Positions 1-15,152 of a stretch of DNA of 64,000 bases are shown here, in pieces; the first letter of the stretch is position 1; each line of letters starts with the position of its first letter. This DNA comes from Tubiluchus corallicola (lineage: Eukaryota > Animalia > Priapulida), in the NCBI GenBank assembly GCA_030141605.1, contig JAQGDQ010000425.1, forward strand, positions 135,822-199,821. The letters are read 5' to 3'. The notes below the pieces were generated by a model. That model searched no databases. It was not told where the DNA came from and saw nothing but the letters and a program-made list of their open reading frames with translations. Position numbers and translations under genes: made by a program.

Positions 1-3000
1 GATTTTTTTAGGAAGTACTGAGCAGTACTTATTTTGACGCGCTTATTTTGTTGATCATTTCAGAAGGAAAACGCGCACAGAACCTTACAACATGCCACCC
101 CAAAAAGCAAATGCAACAAGTTTGCTCCAGTGGGACACACAAGATATAAAGTGAGCAATAAGAAAACAGACGTGAGACTGGGTTATAACAGAGGTCAAAA
201 ATAAACAAACAATCATTCTCCCAATTATGCAAACGAAAGCGAAGTTTTTAGTAGCACTGAGCCAGCCTGCATACGTTGCTGAATAATTGATTGAAATATT
301 TCATGGGTCATTGATTATACAGTGTCAAAGTGATCAACTAGAGAATTATGGGAGCTCCAAAGGTCATTTACAGGTCACTCGAACATCATCACTGCCTGTA
401 ACTGAACATTCCAGAGAATTGGCGCTTAATTCATTAAAAAAACTGGCTTAAAATTGTCCAAAAAATAAATCATCTGAACAATACCTACACAACATCTTTA
501 AACTTTTCGTTACATTTTAAGTGTTTACAATGATATCATAGATCAGTGTGGCGACATCTACCGTTACAAAACGCAAAATTAAATCACAATCGTTTTTCAA
601 ACCAGGACTTGTAGAACCGGGTAACATTTAAGACCCAAAAACATTGTTCATGGAATTTTAGCAGACAGCTGTAAAATGTGAACTACGTTAAACAGCGCAT
701 GCGTCAGCAAAACAGGCAGTTATAGCTGATATTACCCCGCAATGAATGACGCACAAACTGCTTACCCCTGTGATTATACCCCCCATAGCAGCAACCAGGT
801 CATTGTTGGGCGTAAATCGCAATAACAGTTATAATAATGAAAGTAGGACGGTTGTAAAGAGAGTTGCTAGGCTTACTAACTGCATGTGATGCCTATAAAG
901 CTTGCATGATCATCAGTGAACAACCATTGAACTTAGAGTAATTCTTGTTCCGGTAAAACATATTTTCAGACAGCACACAACTGTCAGAATGAATAAGCTA
1001 AAATTTGTTAATTAAAAAATCCCACAAGAGTTGCAATTATTCAAATTCTGGTAATTGTAAAAGTTACCCCATGTGTTGCTTTAACGAAGCATTACTTATT
1101 TACTAATCAGAGCATTCAAAATAAAGAACATACTATTATGTAACGTGTTCAAATGTGATTTATCTCTTGTTTGCTCTTATATTTCTAACTGCTTTAATCA
1201 CTTTAATTTTTCCGTTAGTTTCTATAAGTTCGGTATGTTTAAGTCCTGGACTTTCATATTAATTATCAATACTCACACGACATCCATTATATCTTGGAAT
1301 TTTTGTAATCATCTGGTGTCTAGTGGCAGTAGTGACTAGGTTTTATCTGTGTAAATTTGTAATTTGACAGCTAGTAGGCTTGTTTCATAATATGTGTACA
1401 TTAAATATACGTATGTATACATTTTATGATTTTGAGTGATGTATTTGATTGTATATTTCATTTATTTTGTTTCGTTGATCATTTTATAAGGTCAATGAAA
1501 TATAATGAAAAACACAAAAATGGATTTTGACTGAGCATGTTTGAAACGATTCTAAAAAAAGAAAATTTGTGCAAAAAAACTCTTTGTTCCAAGTCTATGC
1601 TTCAAAACTCGAACTGCACTGTAATCTCTATACCTCTAATGCGGATATGAACAGTAAATTTGTCACAGACAAATTTGTGACAACACGTCAGTGTTGCTTG
1701 GCGATTTCAAAAAAGGAAATGCAATTGCGACAAAGAAGTACAAGCTATGAATAACTAAGCAAATTATAAAAAACTAGTCAGGACAAAAAACAGTGATGGT
1801 TAACCTAGTGAATCCAGCAACAGGGAATTTAATTAAGCAGGATTGATTTGCAAAGTCTGGTCTGCTTTAATTTCAGCAAAAGCAAAACTCTACCGTTTGA
1901 TTTTAAGTGAAAAGGTTTTTATTGTTGCTTAATTTGCTTTTTTACAATGATATTCTGCTTTGATTCTGACTAGCAATGTTTTATGACATTTTTTCATTTG
2001 CTTGAAATTTTAATTTCTTGATTTTCGTAAGTTTTGTAATGTGTTTAAACATTTTTTTGGTTAATTTTACGTTCTTTTTTGCAATTGTAATCTTAGTTTT
2101 CTTTTCATTAATTTTTGTATGTTTCAGTTAGTTCACTTTACATATAAGTCATGCAATATCTGTACGATTTTTGTGTATGTTTGTAAATTTCATGTTTGTG
2201 TACTTACATCATCAGTTACATGTATGTATTTAGTTTTCTTAATTTTAAATTCCTGAAGATACCAATCACAGGTCAATCAAGTTTATCCTGAATAAAAACT
2301 ATTCTCATCTCATCTTACCATACAGTGCTCCAGTGATCTAAACACCGTATCAGAATTCAATTATGAAACCCACCGACATTCCGTCCAAGAATAGGGTGTA
2401 TATTTAAGTAAAGGAATAGTTTACAACTTCACGTCAAACGCTAGATAATCCAGAACAGAAAGCGAGACGCACACGTCCCTATGGCTAAATAAACACACAA
2501 AAACTAGATTGTGCCTGCTGGCTCGAACGTACCGCACATCGTCGCACAACCATTAAAATAGCAAGTTTGGGGTCTGGGTCTAGGACACTTTTAAACCCTA
2601 GCCTAGGCGCTCAATTACACGGGCTTTTTTGTAACGCACACTAGGACTCTACCTAATGTTGTGCAGAAAAAATCGTGGCTTATTCCTGTGTCAATCTGTA
2701 AAGTGGTAGATTAAGGAGTAGGAGTTTCATAACCTGTGACCTTCACTGTTGTCAGTCTGCCATATGGCAGAGAGGGCGCTGCGAAATCACAGAATGCCGA
2801 CTATTTTTTTTTACAAATTTTGAAAGTTTAGATGCCATGTATGACAACTACTGTACCCAATTTTACGTCGGGTCTTAAAACTTTAGGAGTAAAACCATTG
2901 ACAAAAACAGAAGTAAGGGTAAATAAATAAGTTATAGCAGCCCTGGGTGAAAACATTTTGCTCGCACACTGCGCCCAACAGGCAAACTGATGCCCAAATG

Positions 3001-5397
3001 ATTTATTAATTTGAGACGTAATATCTCCACATTAGGAGGTTGAACTCGTCTCAAGTTTCACTGAAAACATGTACAACATGTACATGCGCAACCTAGACCT
3101 GAAGCACATTAAGAATCTGTACAACTATAATCATAAATTCAAGCGAATCACATCATACAGACAGTCAAAATCCCACATAAGACCATAGCACATTGACTGC
3201 ACCCCCATGTAACAAAACATTAAACTGCACGTTTGGTTGTTTACAAATCCAAAGACATTATGATAGCGAGATTAGAACTTTAAATCGACTTGAATTTCAC
3301 GGCAAATATTCAAACTTTTAAACAAGTCCTCCGTAGAACAAAACGACATGCCGATCGACCAAGTGATACCGACACACTTTATCGATTCTTTAGGGGGAAA
3401 AACAACTAATATTGAAACAGATTTGAGAGGCTTATTTCACTACAAATGTAACAAATATTCAGACTTCTGTATAAGATGCATTCTTCTCATTACAGCCTAT
3501 GATGCAAATTATGCAAGAAAGTAATAATTTCTTAACCAACGTTTCTGACACACAACTAACGACTGTAGCCACCAAACCTGACAAATTTCTGATACTTATT
3601 ACGCATTAATAGAACACCTAACAACGAGCACTATTCTGAGCACCACTATGCTGCACTTTCAATACGAGTTTGGCTCGTAGTTTCTCACAAAAGTTCGAGG
3701 ATTATGGCACACAACACGACAGAGAGAAATGCTGCAGCTGCAGTACTTAACGCATGCAGCTTTGCAGCAGTGTGAACTTGTGTTGTTCACTGCATGAAGT
3801 GGGTGCACATCATTTATGCGCAGGGGGTTGGTAGACACTTGGGCCAAAACCTACAGTAAGTTCTTGCTGTGAAAGAATTTTAGTCCAAGCATACTAGGCA
3901 CAAAAAGTGAACTGTTGAGTTTATAAGACAGCATAGTTTTATTTACGAATGAATGGAAAAGTTCAATTTGTCTATTCAAAATTCTTTTACTTGATCACTT
4001 TGCAACTTAGCCATGCAGTAAAACTATTTTAATGTAACAACAGTAGACGAAAATCATTTCTAAGCGAAAAGTAAAATTTATCAATCATGAATAATTATAA
4101 CTCTAAGAATAAATTATAAATAAATGACAACAAAATTAAAAGTTAATTTGATGTGTCAACAAAAATTAATTTAGAATGCATGCATTCTAATTTAATCGGT
4201 TTTATAATGAAAATTTTCATCTTGCAAAATTAAATGGTCTGGCCAAGTCGTTAATCATTTCTACTGGACAACTAACAATGCTGAAACTTTTCGCTTCCCA
4301 GTGAGCACACCTGCAGAAATAACACCTTAGAATTCAAAGGAATCTTTAATACCCCCCCCCCCCAAAGGAAAACCTTAGTAAGCCGAGTAAGTAATCTGTA
4401 TTCAAAACCACACTCACACCTACTCAACTACCACCGTTACAATAAAAAATTTATAACTTCAAATTTATTACAGTACAATTTCATCACTGTAAAATTTATG
4501 CAGCAAACATCATCCCACCCACAGCGACCCACCCCCATCCAGCGGATGTTAATCAAATTCAGAGGCGAAGGATGACTTATTAGGCAGTTATTATTGATTT
4601 GATAACTTCATTTCATATGGATGATTGCCATAATAAAATATTAAATGATTCAAATAATTTAACCCAAATTTTACAAACACAACCACTGATAAAATACAAC
4701 AGTTGAACAACTAGTGCTGCTCAGTTAATTATGTCGTTTTAATCCTTCAAACCACAAGATTTACCAGTTAAATCCCCAACATAAATGTTTCTTTTTAGTT
4801 AGATTAAATTAATCCGATACTAATCTATATGGATTACCTGTTCAATCAAACGACTTTTGTCCTAGAATTTCCCGACAAAACATTTGAAAGATCTGCGTAC
4901 ATCCGCGTACATGTTTATATCATAACCGGAACTATTGTGCAAGAGACATCCTGTGAAATCTCGTGGGAAAACAAATTCGTTCCCTGGGGCTAAGGGGGAC
5001 TTGACATAATAAAGCGGACAACTTTATACAGTTTGAAATTGAAACTCGACTGGGTGCAATTTATGGCACGATATTTAGAAAGATGACAAATTATAGAGTA
5101 GTAACGCTATACCCTAGATAATAACAATCAATTTCAAATCTCTAAGGTATGCTATACATATAAGAAAAACTTTGTGACGACTGCAAAGTTTAGTGATGGA
5201 AAAACATCGGCAAAATGACAATATAAATCCACGAAAAAATCTGACGCAAAAACTTAACGGGAACTAGTTTAGATGCAGTCAACACACGTTGCAGATTGCC
5301 AAATACTCGGATAATCACATACTGTTAGACCGTTTGAAACTACTCTTAACAATTTGTACGCATATTATATATTATGCATATGCATATTAGATCCAAC

Positions 5398-5520
<123 letters not shown>

Positions 5521-6466
5521 ACAACGGATTAAATTGCTACTTTGTTTGTACAAAGCTGAAGGATGGGATAATGATATGGGAGGGTTTAGCAGCTGGACAC
5601 TGTTGACACATCGTGCTCCTGAGGTCACTTACCAACATCACACCACTAAATAAATACTCACACACAATGCAAAACCTCTGAAATGACAGTTGATAATTTA
5701 TTATTTATAGCTGAGCGTATTGACAGTGTCACGAACTTCTGCTTATAATAGTAATTTTCCTAGGCACATCCTTTGCACTAAGGCATACAATTAATTTTAC
5801 TGATATATTAGTGTTATTACGCGCTGCCTGTAACCCCGTTTTCATCAGAACTGTTTTAAAAGTTAAAAAATATTTAATTCCGTCTACGCCTTAAGAGAGA
5901 AAATAACATAAAAAATAGTCGAATAGGACCTTTAAATTAAGCAAAAACATTCTAAAAATAGAATGGATAATTTGGATATGTACGGAATTGACCGGATATT
6001 AGATTCACGAACCGCTATAAAAATCTCTCTCCTTTTACCTTTTAAATTTACCTATTACCTATCCGAATTCTAGTTAGAAATCTGAAAATATCCAGAAAAT
6101 TCAATTCGTTAATTCACGTAATTAAACGCTGGACGGAGAAAAACGACCAAATGACTCAGTGGTCGATTCGCGAGTATCACCACTACATAAACTGAAACGT
6201 GATACAAGTTCTGAACAAGAAATGCACTTTGCGTGATCTTACAGCACTATAAACGAAATCGCATTCCAAAGCCAAACTACGCACGCCAAACCAACAGTTG
6301 CCGAGGACCAATAATGGGTTTTAGAGGGGCCCTTTATAGTGAAGAAGACGTTTAAATAATGTATAATTACATTAACCAGATGTTTTTGCTAATATGCAAT
6401 CACGAAGGGAAAATTTAAAGCAAAGTAACTGGTTTTAAAAACTCTACACCATAGGCCACAAATAAT

Positions 6467-6846
6467 TTAAAGGGAGATAGGATGATTTTTAATATACTAG
6501 CCCATTTTTGAGTCCGATAACAAGTATACATTTCAAATACCGCAAAAGCGTTTCTGGTAAAAATAATAGATTGAATGCATAATTAACGACAGGCGAGCAC
6601 AACTATTAATGACATCACAAACTAACATAATTTTCAACAGCAAAAACATTCCGCGAGCGTGTTGCACGTGTTTGAGAAAGCGAAAAGTACAATGCTACTA
6701 CAAGATCTTCAGTGTGCTGTACTAAAACTAGACAAGTTTTAGGAAAAAAATTCAAAATTCAAGTTGGTCACAAATTAACACATCTAAACAGAGATGTACA
6801 GCACCTGGTTTTTGTGCAATGCGTTTCCGAAATGCAGGCGCTAGTG
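6467..6846 (+). mobile_element. Non-autonomous DNA transposon fragment with TTAA-AGG terminus (Kolobok-like), copy 1
   Basis: Begins TTAA-AGGGAGATAGGATGA. Aligns in inverted orientation over about 380 bp with 26634-27059, which ends TCATCCTGGCTTCCT-TTAA. Shared blocks include TGCAATGCGTTTCCGAAATGCAGG and GAGCACAACTATTnATGACATCAC. Superfamily inferred from the terminus only. Confidence 0.65.
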
Positions 6847-9800
6847 TAGGTTATAGGAGGCAAAGGTATTGTTATGCTACTGTATTACAATGGTATAAAC
6901 CACTTCAAGTCCGTTCAATGGTTATTATACTAAGCTACACTTGTAATTTTAAATGTGAAGAAAATTTATAGCGCAAACTCTGCATGAGGTCGTGCAGCAG
7001 TTTCCCAGAAACCCACATAAAATTCCCTATTGACGATATCTTTTCATTTTCACTCACTGATGGCGGATCCAGAACAGCAAAGGGTGTAAATTATACCGCT
7101 CAGACACATGTCAAAAACTTCCTGAAACATACTTCCAAACTTTTAAATTTTTTTAATCATACAAAAGGTGTATACTATCTTTAAAACAATGCATTTCTCA
7201 GTCTATTATTGTTAAAAACAATATCAAATAGACAATGCTACTGTTCCACTTAACTTGCCCGTCATACACATTACCTACCTAGCCATGACTATTGCGGGTT
7301 TTTTGCATTTTCAAAGTAGCAACTCTAGGAAGGACTTACTTAAAGTAACAAGGAAAATGTGCTTCACACGCCCAGATAGGTTTCCAGCTCTACATCCAAT
7401 GCAAACGTGTTTTATCCAGAACTATAATGCAAGATTCAAAGCAAGTGCGACCACGAGGTCCAGCACAAAGCTACCATACAAGCAGTCTCCAGAATGGAAC
7501 CTATAAATTACACATTAGACCTACAGAACCGAGATACCCCTCATGATCTTAAATCGATTCTGAATAATGGAATCTCCCGATCACACTTAAAAATTATTAT
7601 TCCAATGAATGAGTTTTAATAGGCAGTTCTGTAGCAACTATAATAATTACTGCATCACATTTCATTAAAGCTGGTCTCGGCGATTACGTCATTGAAAATG
7701 CCGTCTCCATAGCAACGCCTTAATTCAAAGTTAATCAAATGGCCGAGTTTAGCATATAAACCAACATCAAAGCGGTAACCACCAAAGCGCCTGCAACTAG
7801 AAATTTCAAACTTTTCAAATGTTTGATGCTTTAGCATTAATCACATAGAAAGTGGGAGAATAAAAGCCGAATTCAACGGTGCACTAATGACAGTATTAAA
7901 AATATTTTTCTGCATTCCTGAAGCAGTAAAATAAAACGTAATTTTCCAAAATTGAAGAATTTTTCTGAGACATAACGGGTACTTTGACTTTTTACGAGTT
8001 TGAATAAGTTTTGTTTTTAAGCCCGATTAAACATTTGGTAACAAAATATTAAGCAGAGGCGTTCAAAACGACAGAGGTTTCCGTTCTACAGTCTAGCCTT
8101 GTGGCGCCATCTGCAGACAGTCAAATTAGAATACAAACAGCGAAAGTTTACCATCAACTAGATAATCTGCAGTTCGTATCGTCTGTCCAGTTTCCCATTT
8201 ACTCTAAAATTTGCTAATATCAAAGAGTTTGTCAAAGAAGTCAACTTGTAATTACTGTTGCTAATATTTACGTATTGCTTTCAAATACCAAAAAATATAA
8301 AGATAAAGAACCACATGCACACGATGTTTTTACAACTGGTAGTAAAATCATACATCCTTGCAAAAGCTGTGTTTTTTAAAAAAAACAGTTAGCCACAATA
8401 GCAGTGCACATGTACGCCGCCAACGACATGTGAAATATTTGAATTACAAAACCAGGCTTTCCCTTAAATCCAATGATTCCTTTTATGACAACGCGGCGAC
8501 AAAATGCATTATGGGATTTGCCGATTTGACAAATCGCCACTGCAATTCTCCATAAACGGTCTTTGAGAGGATTTTAACAAATTACAGCGCGCTAATATTT
8601 AAAACTACAATTTGGCCACAAATTTAATTTTTTAACCATTGAATGGCAACAATAAAAAACTATACGTAGTAAAGGCTTTAATTTCTCTGGCTCAATTATA
8701 ATTTAGAATGTTCTGTTTGCTGAACATTATTTGGCAACACGCAAGGATACGTGTTAAATAAAAACAGAAATTACATTTTTCATTTGATGACCTTAATGAT
8801 CAGACAATCTATGACACGTTGAAAGGTTCTGAACACGTCTCTTTCTTCCAAAGTTATTCATTAATCCACAAAATAAATTTGTCGACTCATTCTTCCATTG
8901 TGCCATCAAAATCTCATCTTTCATGCTTATTCGCGATTATCTGAACTTTACCATAAACCAGAATCACCATATTTTCGTCTTTCTCACACACAACACGATT
9001 GTTCTTGTAGTTTTGCACAAACGATAGCGGCCATTCTGAACCAAAATCACGATTTTTTGCCAGATTAACGCACCTGCTCAAAAAACCGCTTCATCATTCC
9101 GAAACACATTATTCAACGTCGCAGTTCATTAATTGTTCTAACTTTACTGCTAAAGCCACCAAGCACTTTAAAAACTGCTTACTATGTACCATATAGTCAT
9201 GACTTCTCCATTAAAACATTATACTTTCTCAGAGGTTGCCGCTAAAGACATTATATCCTTGGCCTAGTTTAGTCGACTGCGACATTTTTTACAAGAAATT
9301 AGGAGTCCGACAAGGTAACTCACTTGCCACGAGTTTTACTTCCACCCTCATTTAAATTAACTGCAAAACAGCAAGAAAAAGACAATCCAACTAGTAGAGA
9401 GACTTGTCACAAATAAGCCTTGTGGCGCGACCGGTATTACAAAAAGAAAGCTAAATTACTAACGCAAAAAATGACAATTCACCATTAATGAAATAAAGGT
9501 ATTCATTAAAAGCCTCTTAATATTACAATATATTAAAATCTGTAAAGAATCTCATCGTCACATTATTGTGACTTTGACCTAATAACGTGGATCAAGACCT
9601 TTGACCTTTGACCCAGGTTATAAAAACACATTCTCGTAATCACGAGTCTCCTCTCGCAAACGCAATAATTCTACGCCAAATTTAGGATAAATCGATTAGG
9701 CCTAGCCTGTGCTAAAGTTATTTCAACTTTAGTTGATCAAACAACAGCAGGAAAAACACGAAAAGGTGAGAAGGGTCACTTTGAACACAGTGCGATAACA

Positions 9801-11234
9801 CCATCGAACAAGCAAAGTAACAGACAAAACAACACAAAACATTTGCACTTTTTACATTAAATATTTAATCCGTTTTACCACGGGCTAACAAGCAAACAAA
9901 CAAGCATTACTAATTTACTAACATAAATTTACTGAACATAAAACATTGTCTAACTCGACCTGCTTCAACCTATACTTTTTTAATGAGATAGAAACAATAG
10001 ATTGTTGCACTTTAAACTTCTAACTAACAACATTGCCGTTTTTTAGCCGTTTTCGTTGGAAATCGATAATAACTTAAAGGAAGACTGGCCGATTGTTTAG
10101 ACTCAACCTCATTTTAATTTACTGTCCAAAATATACATTTTCTTCCTGTAAAAGTTAACAATTGTCCCTTATATTTGAATAATTAGCTTAGAAAGTTAAT
10201 TAACAGCAACACAGTTATTGCTTACGTCAGAAACTAACCACAGTTTGTGCAATGGCAGGCGTCTTCCCTTGCGGGTCAAGTACATTTGCCTAGGTGTTAC
10301 AGCACAGTTTAAACGCATATGATGTCACGAAAAAGGGGCTTTACATCATATGACGTCAGAAACTAGCACTTCAGTTCATGATCATCGTTATCACGGTACC
10401 GCCTATTTGTCGGCGCCGCGCACCGTCGCACGTGACAAAAAAGCGCCGCTGCCAATCTTAGTAGATTCACTGAGACGCGCGAAACTTTGAAAGTTTAACG
10501 AAATTTGAGTATCCAAGGTAATTATTACTTAATCTAAGCTTTGACTTAAAATAAGCTATTGTAGTTTTCAATGTTTTAGAGCATTCTTTAGTCTGAACTC
10601 GTGTTTACACAATCATCCGGTTTTCCTTTAAGAAATATACGTTTTATATATGGTGAGTCTGATAAAAAGGGCATTCAGTAATAGAAGTGCGCGAAACACG
10701 GTACAACATTGACACTAGGCAGGCAGACATAGTTTGACCAGTCATTAATAACGGGCAGTAACTGGCTGTCAGAGCCTTTAGAAAATATTTGCCTAAGCAC
10801 TTGAGCAACAACAATTTTCATCTCTCAGAGTGGTGGCTATTGACGAAATCATGAGAAAAAACTGAAGTGTGTAGCCGACAATCCAGAGTGGGATAATTCC
10901 GCGGGAGAGGGAGAGGCACACTTTCACAATAATCTGCGCGTCGTCGTCAAACATACTCACTATTTCTACAGCTGGTGTGTGACTCAGTAAGGATGGCATT
11001 TAGACAAAACAGTTAGGAATTTTCCCAGTGTGAGCCGGGCTTTAGACGCCTCTTCTGCATAGCGGATTAGGGTTTTTCGTTCTAGACAGCAGTGGGGTAG
11101 CCGGATGAAATGAGAGCAAAATAAACAGAGTCAGACGACACGAAATCTAAGAAATCTAGCCTGCTAATATATAACGTTGATGAAATGCCAGAAAACCGTG
11201 CAGCATGGAGTACACAGGGCATTAATGTTCAGAA

Positions 11235-11555
11235 ACTAGTCCAGAAACCGAAGCATTGTGAGTCTGGATTACTTCGCTTATTGTGTTTTCTGCCCAATTG
11301 TCTGGATATGCAATTTAAAACGCCGATTAGCGAGTTGTCATGGAATACATTGCGTGAACACCGGATAAAGAATGCCATTTAGTATTGCCATACAATCTAC
11401 TTTGTCATACAAATTTAGAATACTAACTTAGTGGATAACTCCATTGTGATATCACAATATAAAAATTGGCAAAAAGCTTATAACACGATCAACAACAACG
11501 AGGAGAACGAGACAGGCTTCACGGTGAAAGAGACCTATTTATAAAGTTACAAGCG
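11235..11555 (+). repeat. Dispersed repeat, diverged copy at about 46280-46500 (FAM72 intron 3)
   Basis: Shared blocks TAGTCCAGAA...AAGCATTG, AACTCnATTGTGAnATCACAnTAT and GACCTnTTT in the same order at both sites. Confidence 0.55.
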
Positions 11556-13296
11556 AGTGGCCACAAACACGAATAAATGGTTATAAATACATGATACTCT
11601 GGCTCCACACTGGCCCACACTCGTGACCCACCTATATAAATTTGCCAATATACTGGCAAGTAAATCACGATGATCGAATTGATTAAAAACTGTTAATTTT
11701 ACTATTGGTACTTCTTTTCTGCTACTATTTTTTACTATTAGCTACTGACATCCCATGGGGAAAGTTGCTAAACTGTCCAGTGTGAAAGAGCCCACACCCA
11801 TCGATAACCTCTAGTGCCTTATTACTCATTCAGTTTTTTTCGACTACAGTTAAACAGCACTATATTTGACAACAGCGTGGATAAGGGGTATCAGCTTACA
11901 CTTTTGCCGGAGCTAGCAAAGGAGACCAGCAATAAAAGTTTAATGTACAACGTCTGATGCTTGTTTAAATAAGAGAACACCAAATAGTTTATGTAGAGAA
12001 CTAAATGTTTATTGAGAAATAGGAAATAATTTTATTTGCTGAAGATTCGTTTAATAAAGGAATAATATTGAATACGCCCGAATTCATAACACTAGATACA
12101 ATCGCTTTCAGATATAATATTGCAGAACAAATGTGTCAAAACAATTTATTACATTTACAGGACCACTTTGATGGAAAAATTTTTTAGACAATTCAGTAAA
12201 AAATTAGAGAAATGTTTACAAATCTTGAACACGGGTTCATAGTTTTCCTTCAATTTAACCCGGAAAATATGTCCTGTAGAATGTATCACTATTTTTCAAA
12301 TTTTGTTTTAGGTTTATAACCCTTCAGCAGTCACAATGGGTGCTAAGCTAACTTGTATTGGTACAAAGTACACAATTTTTTAAATATGATTAATTTTACT
12401 GAATTCATTATTACACATGGTTGCTTGGTGGAGCTATCTTAATAACTATAAGTCTCACAGTTTTTTCCGCTCATTCTTTTCTTATTTTCTTCATATTTCT
12501 TACTTATTCCTTTCTCTACACATACCTTTGTATATAGATTCTCCTTCTTGTTTCTATTTCACATTTAACCTTTCTTAGAACCTATTATAAACTTCTTGAA
12601 TTAATTAATTAATTATTGAAATAATTGTCTATTAGTGTTAAAATTTATCTGTTAAAACAACTTGAACTAAAATTATGCCATTTTTTATTTGTTTAAAGTT
12701 AATTTCGGCACATAAAAATGCCATATAAAAGTTAAAAATTTACAATAAAACTACTACACGTCATGCAGTATTAAAAGGTACAAAAATTTACAAAAAAACA
12801 TAATAAAAGTATATACAGAAATTAAAAATACAAAGCATCAGCTAAAAGACAGCAGTTATCACATCAATAAATCATACCATCTTTTAAATATTCTACAAAT
12901 GATGTATATGTATGTAAAATGTATGCTATTATATTACACTACTTAAGTGAAATAAATGAATTGAAATAAATTGAAACTGAATATCCTCATGACTACTTTA
13001 GCTTCTACAATAACTACTGCAGGTTGAAATTTGAAATATTTCCAGTTCATCTCGTTTCCCATGCAATTATCAGCGTTCAAACTTCAAAGTAAATAGGATG
13101 TGCCAACTTGCAAGATTGTCCACTATTTACAAGTTCATGTATCCAAACATTTACAGCCCCGAGCAAGGCTGGATGGCCTGCTTAGTGTTTACACAGCAGA
13201 GATATTGTGCACGTTTTCACACTGATGATTTAAAAGCTGTTGTAGCGCCTAGGGCGAGGGGAAGGAGAGCAAGAGGTGAAAATGAAAGATACCTGA

Positions 13297-13621
<325 letters not shown>

Positions 13622-14595
13622 GCAGCATCAAGGGAAGAGGGAGGAAAACAGTGGGGGAGGGAAAGAAGGCAAACTGTGTTGAGAAGCTAAACCTGACATT
13701 AAAGTAAAAGAGGAAAATTCGTACAATTCATCAATTCTGTACAATCTACTGCCCTCTTCAGCATCAAACAATTACCAAGCGGAAAATAACCACAAAAAGC
13801 TGCAATATAGAATCAACTGACAGCATGACACTAACTATAATTACCAGAAAACGAATAAATCTTTCTCTTTACGAGCTGAGATGGTAATAAAAAGCGGCAC
13901 AACGTGCAAAATCGTGCCTACAGCTTGTGCAATGTATACTGCTTGATAACTGTAAAATTACCATACACGGTGATTGCTTGCTGTAGGAGACCATTGTTGT
14001 AAAATTCGTTACATTGTACATTGCACTGTGTACTGTACACTGTACGCAGCGCACCGCCAAAACTCACTAACAAAATTTGGTTAATACAGATGATTGTAAC
14101 AGGACCGAAATCTTTCCTCATAACTAACATCAACAAAGGACAGTATTTACACTAAACCACTACAAACACTTATCCCCGCTTCACCATGTTAAGCCGCATA
14201 AACAATTTCATTTTGTACATTACAACTTACAAGAAGTCATATAAAGTTCAGAAAACGAACGCATTAAACTGTAGTCCAAAGATACTGCACAGTGCACAAA
14301 CATCTAGGCACGCATAATTTAGTATGTGTACTATATATTTGCACTAAAACCGCAACTTTATTACCCACCTTATACCTACTGCTACAAAAACGATCTACGG
14401 GTAATTTTTAAATAACGCTTCTGTTGGAATAATGACGACACCAAAATGATATTTTTCCATATTCTCTTCTTTGTTTTGTTTTCATAGAATTGTTAAATAA
14501 ATCCGTAGATCTATACAAAAATTTGTCAATTCTAGGAATTTTTTATTATCCCTTAATTCCCTTTAATAATTAATTATTATAATCTTAATGTCAAC

Positions 14596-15152
14596 ATTAT
14601 TATTAATAAGGGTACGAGCCAAGGGTTAATTAAATTTTCTTGCCAAATATGAAAAGTAGGAAATGTGAAAAATTGCAATATAGCCTGGATTTGAACCACA
14701 TCTTTCTGCTCAAACCGCAGACGATAAGGACCACTCAGGCATTGCATGCTCCTAAGACCTATGATAAAGGCAGTCCAAAGTTCATCACTTATAGCTAGCC
14801 AACCGAATTCAACAGTTACATTTAAAATTCAGAAATTGTGAGTTTGTACGATCATTAATAATAATCTTAATGGCAAGCTTATAATAATTAACTAATTACA
14901 AGCGGAAATTTTAGGCTCGAATGCAATCAAAATACGAAATTTACCTAATTAGTTAGAATCACAATAATCTAGTATGAGCAATCAAACACAGAATTGCCTA
15001 AATTTGGTTGACCAGCTATAAGGAATAAACTCACTTGTGATCCAAGGCGCTACAGGAGGTGCCTGGTTCAAATCCAGGCGGCACAATACTTTTTCATATT
15101 TTCTGAATTTCAGGTTTGTTATCAAAAATATTTAATTGTGAGTTTGTATCAC
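14596..15152. mobile_element. Rearranged copies of a palindromic repeat family with tRNA-like arms
   Basis: B-box GGTTCAAATCC on minus (14687-14697) and on plus (15065-15075), each followed by a T5 run. Central segment (reverse complement GGTTGGCTAGCTATAAGTGATGAACTTTGGACT) matches the centre of the 60907-61230 element. Confidence 0.65.

Noticed and set aside
4838-4950. Minus-strand segment with good acceptor and donor, considered as SRGAP exon 2
   Set aside because: Stops in all three frames and no F-BAR similarity.
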